A stretch of 51,234 nucleotides of DNA from Desulfosalsimonas sp. (GTDB taxonomy: Bacteria > Desulfobacterota > Desulfobacteria > Desulfobacterales > Desulfosalsimonadaceae): NCBI GenBank assembly GCA_041685965.1, contig JAWLEU010000001.1, forward strand, positions 1-51,234, given 5' to 3'. The notes under the pieces are model-generated. The model was not told the origin of the DNA and ran no database searches. It saw nothing but the letters and a program-made list of their open reading frames with translations. Made by a program: the position numbers and the translations under genes. The first letter of the stretch is position 1, and each line of letters starts with the position of its first letter. This document shows, one piece after another, positions 17,138 to 25,118 of the stretch.

Positions 17138-17938
17138 TTAATCGCCGGTATTTTCTGTGTCCGTGTCCGCGTTTTGCCGCAGTGCCCTTGCAAACAGCAG
17201 GTATCCGGTATGGCCCACCATCCGGTCTTCCGGCCTGAAGCGCGAAGGGTTGGTCTTGTAGGTGCGAATAAAGGTTTCTGCTGCTTCTGTGACCATGAAC
17301 GGATAATCCCTCAAAGCCCACAGGAGTCTGCTCATCTGGTTGGCAGTGGGTACAAGAACCCCCAGATGCCCTCCGGGCTTGAGGGCTGCGTAAACCGATC
17401 CAAGGGCTTCGGCCGGGTCGCGCACATCCAGGAAAAAAGCATCAAGCCCGGTTTCGTGGATTCCTTCTTCCGCCGCGCCCGTATGAAGGCGTACGTTTTC
17501 AAAGTCTTCTGCAGGCCGCAGGTTTTTTCGGATCCTGTCTGCCAGGTTGGCGTTTTTCTCATAGGTATACACCCGCCCGCTCTGCCCCACTGCCTTTGAC
17601 ATGATAAGAGTCAGACCTCCGGAGCCCGTGCCTGCCTCGCCCACTTTTTTGCCGGGGAAGACGTCGAGGCGCAGCAGAATATAGCCTGCATCCTTGGGAT
17701 AGATTATCTGGGTGTCGCGCTTGATTCCTTTCATGACAAGATCATGAGTATCACATTCAAGAACGTAATATTTTTTACCGTTTATGGAAAACATGCCGCC
17801 CACGCCGATTTCAGAGATATTCTCCATTGAGATCGAACCGCTGGGCAGGTTTACGCTGTCAGTCCCGCGGGTGCGCACAACGCGCCTGAACTTTTTGTTG
17901 TCCGTGATCACTATTGCAGATGGAAGAGGTTGTATCAT
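17138..17938 (-). CDS. trmI: tRNA (adenine(58)-N1)-methyltransferase, TrmI/GCD14 family
   Basis: KRDTQIIYPKDAGYI, EAGTGSGGLT, FFLDVRDP, RPEDRMVGHTGYLLFAR. Confidence 0.92.
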   Translation of the reverse strand: MIQPLPSAIVITDNKKFRRVVRTRGTDSVNLPSGSISMENISEIGVGGMFSINGKKYYVLECDTHDLVMKGIKRDTQIIYPKDAGYILLRLDVFPGKKVGEAGTGSGGLTLIMSKAVGQSGRVYTYEKNANLADRIRKNLRPAEDFENVRLHTGAAEEGIHETGLDAFFLDVRDPAEALGSVYAALKPGGHLGVLVPTANQMSRLLWALRDYPFMVTEAAETFIRTYKTNPSRFRPEDRMVGHTGYLLFARALRQNADTDTENTGD

Positions 17939-18073
17939 TAACTATATATTCCTGAGTATTTTTTGCCGGCTTTATAAACAGTTAATGATATCATACAGCA
18001 GGTGATAAGTCCATGCCAAACCCCTTCATCCGGTAATTTCCGATGAAACAAGAGAGTTTAATTAATCCTTGAT

Positions 18074-18478
<405 letters not shown>

Positions 18479-18508
18479 TTATATCCAACCGCGTTACAAG
18501 GGTATCTG

Positions 18509-19801
18509 TTACTCGGTTATCTCAAAGGCCCTCTCTCCGTGGATCGAGTTGTCCAGGCCCGTGATTTCATTGTCTGATTCCACGCGCAGGCCGCCTGCAG
18601 CCAGCCGGGTGATCAGCACCACCACGAAGGTGGCTGCGGCTGTAAAGGCTACGGTAGCAACAATGGAGACCGCCTGGATGACAAGCTGCCATGGATTTCC
18701 GTACATCAGGCCTGCGGCTCCCTCTGTAATTGAAGGGTTGGCAAATATCCCGGTGGCAAGCGCGCCCCACATGCCACAGACCCCGTGTACGCCAAAGGCA
18801 TCCAGGGAGTCATCATATCCTATCTTCTGTTTGAGCCTGGCCACGCTGTAGAATCCTATCACTCCCGCCACGGCCCCGATTGCCAGAGCGGCGGGCATGT
18901 TCACAAATCCTGCGGCCGGGGTAATGGCCACCAGGCCCGCCACGATTCCGGAGGCAATGCCCAGCACCGTGGGCCGCCTATCAAAGTACCATTCCGCAAA
19001 CATCCACCCCAGCGCCCCCACTGCTGCCGAAGTGTTGGTCACCAGGAAGGCCGAGGCGGCCACGCCGTCTGCAGCCAGCTGGCTGCCGGCATTGAATCCG
19101 AACCAGCCGAACCACAGCAGGGCCGCACCCAGTGCGGTCAGCGTGACACTAGAGGGAAACATCGCTTCCTTGCCATAGCCGAGCCGTTTTCCCACCATCA
19201 GGGAAAGCACCAGCCCGGCCACACCAGCGTTTATGTGCACCACATTGCCCCCGGCAAAGTCCAGGGCGCCCATGGCATGCATCCAGCCGCCTCCCCACAC
19301 CCAGTGGGCCATCGGGCTGTAGACCACGGTCAGCCATAGCACAGTGAAGATAATCCACGCCGAAAACTTCATACGATCCACGATTGCCCCGAGCACCAGG
19401 GCAACTGTAATTGCTGCAAAGGTCATCTGGAAGACCACAAATACCAGGGTGGGAATGGAGCCGGACAGGCTTTGGGGACCGATGCCGGCTAAAAACAGAT
19501 GATCAAGGCCGCCTATGAGGCCGCCGGCATCCGGGCCGAAGGCCAGGGTATAACCCCACATCACCCAGATCACGCTGGCCAGGCAGTAGGCCACAAAAGT
19601 CATTGCCAGGGTATTCAGCAGGTTCTTATACCTGGACATGCCGCCGTAAAACAGCGCCAGCCCGGCCGGGGTCATCATCATTACCAGGGCGGTGGCCACT
19701 ATGATCCAGGCCGTATCTCCGGTATCAAGGCTTTGGCCGGCCAGGGCCGAAGCAGGTAATAATAAAAATGCAAACAATACGCCCGGCAGTTTTTTAATCA
19801 T
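18509..19801 (-). CDS. amtB: Ammonium transporter
   Basis: GLALFYGG, FQMTFAAIT, HWVWGGGW, DFAGGNVVHINAG, LWFGWFGFNAGS, DDSLDAFGVHG. Confidence 0.98.
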   Translation of the reverse strand: MIKKLPGVLFAFLLLPASALAGQSLDTGDTAWIIVATALVMMMTPAGLALFYGGMSRYKNLLNTLAMTFVAYCLASVIWVMWGYTLAFGPDAGGLIGGLDHLFLAGIGPQSLSGSIPTLVFVVFQMTFAAITVALVLGAIVDRMKFSAWIIFTVLWLTVVYSPMAHWVWGGGWMHAMGALDFAGGNVVHINAGVAGLVLSLMVGKRLGYGKEAMFPSSVTLTALGAALLWFGWFGFNAGSQLAADGVAASAFLVTNTSAAVGALGWMFAEWYFDRRPTVLGIASGIVAGLVAITPAAGFVNMPAALAIGAVAGVIGFYSVARLKQKIGYDDSLDAFGVHGVCGMWGALATGIFANPSITEGAAGLMYGNPWQLVIQAVSIVATVAFTAAATFVVVLITRLAAGGLRVESDNEITGLDNSIHGERAFEITE

Positions 19802-19891
19802 TTTCCGGCTCCTTTTACATCAAGTTTTGATATTTGTCTGAGTTTTTGTTGTCCATACCGTTTCAATCCATTCTTTCGTTTAGTCTTAGAA

Positions 19892-19907
19892 AGCAACTAT
19901 TGTGCCA
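19892..19907 (-). promoter_or_regulatory. Sigma54 (-24/-12) promoter of amtB-glnK
   Basis: Minus strand reads TGGCAC-AATAG-TTGCT, an exact match to TGGCAC-N5-TTGCW, 90 nt upstream of the amtB ATG. Confidence 0.9.
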
Positions 19908-19985
19908 TTTTTCAGATAACCTGATTATATCAATAAAATAAAAAGGTTATTGTTTTTAAGATTTTTTAGGCCACAGGTGCACAAA

Positions 19986-20016
19986 ACAAAATTGTAAATC
20001 TAATTCACAATTTTGT
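19986..20016. promoter_or_regulatory. Candidate upstream activator sites for a sigma54 enhancer-binding protein
   Basis: Two near-palindromes, ACAAAATTGT (19986-19995) and ACAATTTTGT (20007-20016), 21 bp apart and about 80-110 nt upstream of the -24 element. Confidence 0.55.
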
Positions 20017-20330
20017 AGATCAAGTTTTTATGTTTCGGGATTATTTGATTTTAACAAAGAGTTCTATTGGTTCGCGGCTGACTTTGAAAAACCATATTAA
20101 AGGCATTATAAAGGGTCGTTATGGCGGAGGAGTTAAAGCTTCTATCCAAGGCCGCTAAATTCATATAGCCTGCCTGAGGCCTTCCACCATGCGGATGAAG
20201 AGTCGGCGGGTGAAGATTCGCTGTAAAAGACAGTTTGTTTTCCGGGAAAGTTTATGTTAAATCCGGTAATGGACTGTGAAAGAAAATAGCGGGTTTAAGA
20301 AGTGAAAGTTGCTGAAAAAATAAACAAAAA

Positions 20331-20428
20331 TGGCGGAAGTGCATGGGAATCGAACCCACCTGAGACGCTGTTAACGCCTCACACCGGATTTGAAGTCCGG
20401 GAGCCCCACCAGTGAGCTGCGCACTTCC
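20331..20428 (-). tRNA. selC: tRNA-Sec (anticodon UCA)
   Basis: 8-bp acceptor stem GGAAGTGC/GCACTTCC + GCCA; anticodon arm CCGGA-CTTCAAA-TCCGG; long variable arm TGAGGCGTT/AGCGTCTCA; T arm GTGGG-TTCGATT-CCCAT; 98 nt. Confidence 0.96.
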
Positions 20429-20443
20429 GCGTGGATAAAACCA

Positions 20444-20472
20444 AGAATCAGCATTTATCTATTTTTTGTCAA
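20444..20472 (-). promoter_or_regulatory. Putative sigma70 promoter of selC
   Basis: Minus strand TTGACA-17 nt-GATTCT, ending 15 nt before the tRNA 5' end. Confidence 0.5.
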
Positions 20473-20496
20473 TAGCATTTTTAAGGCATATACGCA

Positions 20497-21648
20497 ATGG
20501 TGAACAAGCAGAGACTGACCGAGACATTCCTGGAGCTGGCAGCAATTGACAGCCCTTCAGGGGAGGAGGGACGGATTTCCCAGAAAATCCGGGAGATGTT
20601 AGAGCCCCTGGAGCCGCGGGTATATATCGACAATGCAGGGGAAAAGGCAGGAAGTGAAACAGGCAACCTGATAATGAAGTTTGCAGGATCCAGACAGGCG
20701 CCGTGGCTGCTTTTAAACGCACACATGGACACGGTGGAACCTGGAAGGGGAGTTGAACCCGGGTTTTCGGACGGGGTTTTTCAAAGCGACGGCACAACAG
20801 TGCTGGGTGCGGATGATAAAAGCGCGGTTGCAATCATCATTGAGACCATGCGCGTAATCCATGAAAACGGCATTGAATGCGGGCCCCTGGAACTGGTGTT
20901 TACAATCTGCGAGGAAATAGGGCTGCTCGGGGCCAAGAACCTTGACTACGGCATGATTTCATCCGGGTACGGCTATTCGCTGGATACCTCGGATACAGAG
21001 ACAATAATTACACAGGCTCCTGCAGCAAACCGTTTTGAGCTCTACGTTCACGGAAAAGCGGCCCATGCCGGCGCAGACCCGGAAAAAGGCATCAACGCTA
21101 TTTCAATTGCCAGCAGGGCTGTTGCCGGCCTCGAACTGGGGCGCATAGATGCTGATACAACAGCCAATATCGGGCTCATAGAAGGCGGCGGGGCCACAAA
21201 TATTGTGCCTGAAAAGGTCCGGGTCAAGGGAGAAGTCAGGAGCCATGACACCGAAAAGCTCGAAAGAATCAGCCGCAAGATAGTGGACGCTTTCAAAAAA
21301 GAGGCTGAATCCTTTGCACTGCAGGACAGGGAAGCCGGCCTGCCCCGTATTTCGGTTGACATGGTAAACGAGTTTCCCGCCACCCTCATAAGTGAAAATC
21401 ACCCGGTTGTAACTCATGCAGATGCAGCAGCGAAAAAGCTCGGCAGAAAACTTTCAGCAAGGCGCACCGGGGGCGGTTCTGATGCAAACATATTTTTCGA
21501 CAAGGGTATTGTAACAGGCGTCATCGGCACCGGAATGAAGGAGATCCACACGGTGCGGGAATGGATAGCCCTGGATGACATGGTCAGAACAGTGGAGTTT
21601 CTCATTGAAATAATCACCAGGCACGCAGCCGGGGGCGATCGGCAATGA
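20497..21648 (+). CDS. M20 family metallopeptidase (peptidase T-like)
   Basis: NAHMDTVEPG, TVLGADDKSA, CEEIGLLGA, GKAAHAG, GGGSDAN, IHTVRE. Confidence 0.92.
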   Translation: MVNKQRLTETFLELAAIDSPSGEEGRISQKIREMLEPLEPRVYIDNAGEKAGSETGNLIMKFAGSRQAPWLLLNAHMDTVEPGRGVEPGFSDGVFQSDGTTVLGADDKSAVAIIIETMRVIHENGIECGPLELVFTICEEIGLLGAKNLDYGMISSGYGYSLDTSDTETIITQAPAANRFELYVHGKAAHAGADPEKGINAISIASRAVAGLELGRIDADTTANIGLIEGGGATNIVPEKVRVKGEVRSHDTEKLERISRKIVDAFKKEAESFALQDREAGLPRISVDMVNEFPATLISENHPVVTHADAAAKKLGRKLSARRTGGGSDANIFFDKGIVTGVIGTGMKEIHTVREWIALDDMVRTVEFLIEIITRHAAGGDRQ

Positions 21649-22817
21649 TCGCCTATTTTGACTGTTTTTCAGGCATAAGCGGGGATATGACCCTTGGCGC
21701 TTTAATTGATCTGGGCGTGCCCGCTCAGTGGTTGAAAAAAACCATTGCTGAAAAACTTCCGCTGGAGGGCTTTGACATAAGGGCGGAAACCGTGGAATGC
21801 TCAGGGATTTCAGCCATGAGCGTTTCAGTGACAGCAGAAGACGGCACTGAGCGAGACTATGCGGAGATTTCCGGGCTGATAAAGTCAAGTGCGCTTCCCG
21901 GTTCAGTCATTAAAACCAGCCTGGCCATGTTTGACCGCCTGGCTGAAGCGGAGGCTGCAATACACGGGTGTGAAAAAGACCACGTACACTTCCACGAGGT
22001 TGGAGGAGTGGATGCAATAGTGGACATGGTGGGAACCGCCCTGGCAGTTGATTACCTGGGCATTGACGAGGTTACTGCATCCGCGCTTCCCATGGGTTCG
22101 GGCCATGTTGAGTGCAGCCACGGCAAACTGCCGGTGCCGGCACCTGCCACTGCACAATTGCTGAAGGGAGTACCGGTGTATGGATCAGAAATTTGCTCTG
22201 AGCTGGTAACTCCCACTGGTGCCGCTATTATAACAACCCTGGCGCAGGACTTCGGTGCCATTCCTGACATGATAATGGGCGCTGCGGGATACGGCGCAGG
22301 CAGCAGGCGTTTTGAGTCCCGGCCCAACGTGCTAAGGGTTTTGACCGGAAGCAGCAATGAGTCCGCGGATTCCATGATGCTGGTTGAAACCTGCATTGAC
22401 GACATGAATCCGGAGATTTACGGCTATCTCACAGACAGGCTGTTTGCCGGCGGCGCCAGGGATGTTTACATGATCCCGGTTTACATGAAAAAGGGGCGGC
22501 CGGGCACAATGTTGCAGGTGCTGTGTGAAAAGTCCCGGCGGGAGGATCTTGCCTCCATGATCCTGACCGAGACAAGCGCCATTGGCGTACGCTATTATCC
22601 GGTAAGCCGGCAGGTGCTTGAAAGGAGCGAGATCACGGTGGAAACTCCCTACGGCCGGGTTTCGGCAAAACAGGTTTACACCCCTGACGGGGGCGCCAGG
22701 ATTACCCCTGAATACGAATCCTGCCGACAGGTAGCAGAAAAAAACGGGATTGCCCTGCAGGCGGTCTACAGGGCTGCAGGCTGCGCAGCACATGAAACAG
22801 ACTGGCAAAAGAGTTGA
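21645..22817 (+). CDS. larC: Nickel-pincer cofactor nickel insertase LarC
   Basis: YFDCFSGISGDMTLGALIDLG, VHFHEVGGVDAIVD, HGKLPVPAPAT, ELVTPTGAA, ET.IDDMNPE, MKKGRPG, PEYESC. Confidence 0.95.
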   Translation: MIAYFDCFSGISGDMTLGALIDLGVPAQWLKKTIAEKLPLEGFDIRAETVECSGISAMSVSVTAEDGTERDYAEISGLIKSSALPGSVIKTSLAMFDRLAEAEAAIHGCEKDHVHFHEVGGVDAIVDMVGTALAVDYLGIDEVTASALPMGSGHVECSHGKLPVPAPATAQLLKGVPVYGSEICSELVTPTGAAIITTLAQDFGAIPDMIMGAAGYGAGSRRFESRPNVLRVLTGSSNESADSMMLVETCIDDMNPEIYGYLTDRLFAGGARDVYMIPVYMKKGRPGTMLQVLCEKSRREDLASMILTETSAIGVRYYPVSRQVLERSEITVETPYGRVSAKQVYTPDGGARITPEYESCRQVAEKNGIALQAVYRAAGCAAHETDWQKS

Positions 22818-22862
22818 CGCAGGATCTTGACAGAACCAGACCCGGATTGATTATAGAAACTT

Positions 22863-23351
22863 ATGAATTTAGTGGACAAACTGGCAACTGCGGTTGCAAC
22901 ATGCGGATATATAGGAAAGATACCCTTTGCACCCGGAACTTTCGGATCTGTTCCGGGATTGCTGCTTTATTATGCAATGGCCAATATGTCCGGACCCTTT
23001 GCCTCGCTGCTTCTTGCAGGAGTAATCGGCCTTGCAGTATGGTCTTCAGGCAGGGCGGAGGTGGTCATGGCCCAGAAAGACCCGGGGTCGGTGGTTATAG
23101 ATGAAGTCGCCGGCATGGGCGTGGTTTTCGCGGGCCTGCCGTTTTCTCTGCCCCTGGCGGCAGCAGGGTTTATTCTTTTCCGCGGTATTGATATAATCAA
23201 GCCGTTTCCTGTAAGATGGGTGGAGGGACGGCTTTCCGGCGGAATCGGCGTGGTGGCTGACGATCTGGTAGCAGGCCTGATCTGCAGGGTTATTCTGGGT
23301 ATCGCCGGCAGCATCCTGACCGCCGCTGCAAACGCAGGTTCAGGACTATAG
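22863..23351 (+). CDS. pgpA: Phosphatidylglycerophosphatase A
   Basis: PFAPGTFGS, DPGSVVIDEVAG, FRGIDIIKPFPV, GIGVVADDLVAG. Confidence 0.95.
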   Translation: MNLVDKLATAVATCGYIGKIPFAPGTFGSVPGLLLYYAMANMSGPFASLLLAGVIGLAVWSSGRAEVVMAQKDPGSVVIDEVAGMGVVFAGLPFSLPLAAAGFILFRGIDIIKPFPVRWVEGRLSGGIGVVADDLVAGLICRVILGIAGSILTAAANAGSGL

Positions 23352-23384
23352 CGTTTATGGGGCCCCGGAGGAAAAAATCGGCCA

Positions 23385-23966
23385 ATGCCTGATGCAGCAA
23401 AAAATACGCACAGGGCCTTTATAGCAGTTGCCCTGCCTGAGGAGGTGAAAAAGTCCCTGCAGGAGCTCCAGGAACAGCTCAGGCAGTTCGGGATCCGGAT
23501 GAAATACACAGACCCGGAAAACATTCACCTGACTCTCAAGTTCCTGGGAGACATCCGGTCTGAGGATGCAGAGGCCATAGGCGGGCGATTAACAGGGGTG
23601 ACCGCTGAATTTGACCCTATGGAACTTTTTGCAAAAGGCATGGGGGTTTTTCCGGGCATCCGCCGGCCAAGGGTTGTCTGGACAGGGGTTGCCGGGCAGA
23701 CTGAAATGCTGGGGCGTCTGCAGCAGGAGGTCGAGGATGCCATGGCTGCAATGAATTTTGAAAGGGAAAACAGGCGCTTTACCGGGCATTTAACCCTGGG
23801 CAGATTCAAGGGGCGCGCGGATTCAGGGCTTCTGGCAGAGGCCATCCGCCAATTCGGAGGTTTTGCATCTGATAGGTTTTCAGCCGATTCGCTTCATCTT
23901 TTTGAAAGCACCCTTACGCCCGGGGGGCCTGTTTACAGGGTTCTGTCCACCCATGCCCTGGGATAA
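23385..23966 (+). CDS. thpR: RNA 2',3'-cyclic phosphodiesterase (2H family)
   Basis: RAFIAV, two HxT motifs (IHLTLKFLG and GHLTLGR), PRVVWTG, ESTLTPGGPVY; upstream of recA. Confidence 0.93.
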   Translation: MPDAAKNTHRAFIAVALPEEVKKSLQELQEQLRQFGIRMKYTDPENIHLTLKFLGDIRSEDAEAIGGRLTGVTAEFDPMELFAKGMGVFPGIRRPRVVWTGVAGQTEMLGRLQQEVEDAMAAMNFERENRRFTGHLTLGRFKGRADSGLLAEAIRQFGGFASDRFSADSLHLFESTLTPGGPVYRVLSTHALG

Positions 23967-24017
23967 ATAAATACACAGTATCTGAAATATCAAGAAAAAA
24001 GCCGAACAGGGGGATGT

Positions 24018-25109
24018 ATGAGCAAGTCCATGGACAAGGAAAAGACAGTGGACAAGGAAAAGGCGGTTGAAACCGCCATGGGGCAGATTGAGCGTCAGTT
24101 CGGCAAGGGCGCCATTATGAAGCTTGGCAGTAATACGGTCATTGACGTGCCGGCAATCCCGACGGGCTCCATCGCCCTGGATCTGGCCCTGGGCATCGGT
24201 GGGATTCCGCGGGGCAGGGTCACTGAAATATACGGGCCTGAGGCATCGGGAAAAACAACACTTGCACTTCACGCGGTGGCCGAAGCACAGAAGCAGGGAG
24301 GTATTGCCGCGTTCGTTGACGCAGAGCACGCTCTGGATACTTCATATGCAAGAAAGCTCGGGGTTGACTGCGATGAGCTGCTGGTATCCCAGCCTGATAC
24401 CGGCGAGCAGGCCCTGGAAATTGCAGATATGCTGCTTAGATCCGGCGCAGTGGACATCCTTGTTATTGACTCGGTTGCCGCGCTTGTCCCTCGAGCTGAA
24501 ATCGAGGGCGAGATGGGAGATTCCCACATGGGGCTTCAGGCAAGGCTGATGTCCCAGGCTTTGCGCAAGCTCACCGGGACCATCAGCAAGACCAACACTT
24601 CGCTTATATTTATCAACCAGATCAGGATGAAAATCGGAGTGGTATTCGGCAACCCGGAGACCACAACCGGCGGCAATGCCCTGAAGTTTTATTCCTCGGT
24701 TCGCATAGAAGTCCGGCGAACCGGTGCCATAAAAGAGGGCCAGGAGGTCATGGGCAGCCGCACCAAGGCCAAGGTGGTTAAAAACAAGCTTGCCCCGCCG
24801 TTTAAGGAAGCAGAGTTCGACGTGATGTACGGAGAGGGCATATCCGCTGCAGGAGACCTGCTTGACATGGGTGTCAAGGCCGGGGTAATTGAAAAAAGCG
24901 GTTCCTGGTATTCCTACCAGGGAGAACGCCTGGGCCAGGGCAGGGAAAACATCAAGAAGTATTTCCAGGAAAACCCTGACATGTACACACAGCTTCGCAA
25001 CAGTGTCAAGGCTGCCCTGGGGCTGGGCCAGAAGGCGGACTCAGGCGGCGGGGAGGAAAAATCATCCGGCGGAAATTCCAAAAAGGAGCAGGCCGCTGCT
25101 GAAAAATAG
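24018..25109 (+). CDS. recA: Recombinase A
   Basis: [47 protein letters not shown]. Confidence 0.99.
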   Translation: MSKSMDKEKTVDKEKAVETAMGQIERQFGKGAIMKLGSNTVIDVPAIPTGSIALDLALGIGGIPRGRVTEIYGPEASGKTTLALHAVAEAQKQGGIAAFVDAEHALDTSYARKLGVDCDELLVSQPDTGEQALEIADMLLRSGAVDILVIDSVAALVPRAEIEGEMGDSHMGLQARLMSQALRKLTGTISKTNTSLIFINQIRMKIGVVFGNPETTTGGNALKFYSSVRIEVRRTGAIKEGQEVMGSRTKAKVVKNKLAPPFKEAEFDVMYGEGISAAGDLLDMGVKAGVIEKSGSWYSYQGERLGQGRENIKKYFQENPDMYTQLRNSVKAALGLGQKADSGGGEEKSSGGNSKKEQAAAEK

Positions 25110-25118
25110 GTGAAATCG

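Noticed and set aside
20121-20128. ATGGCGGA matching the tRNA-Sec 3' end, as a possible att duplication
   Set aside because: Only 8 bp, with no integrase or cargo genes between the copies.
23958-23980. Possible LexA box before recA (…ATAAATACACAGTA)
   Set aside because: Only one E. coli-type half-site; CTG-N10-CAG spacing is not met.
24031-24062. Direct repeat TGGACAAGGAAAAG (18-nt period) at the recA 5' end
   Set aside because: A two-copy in-frame micro-duplication in a variable N-terminus; it only makes the start codon ambiguous.
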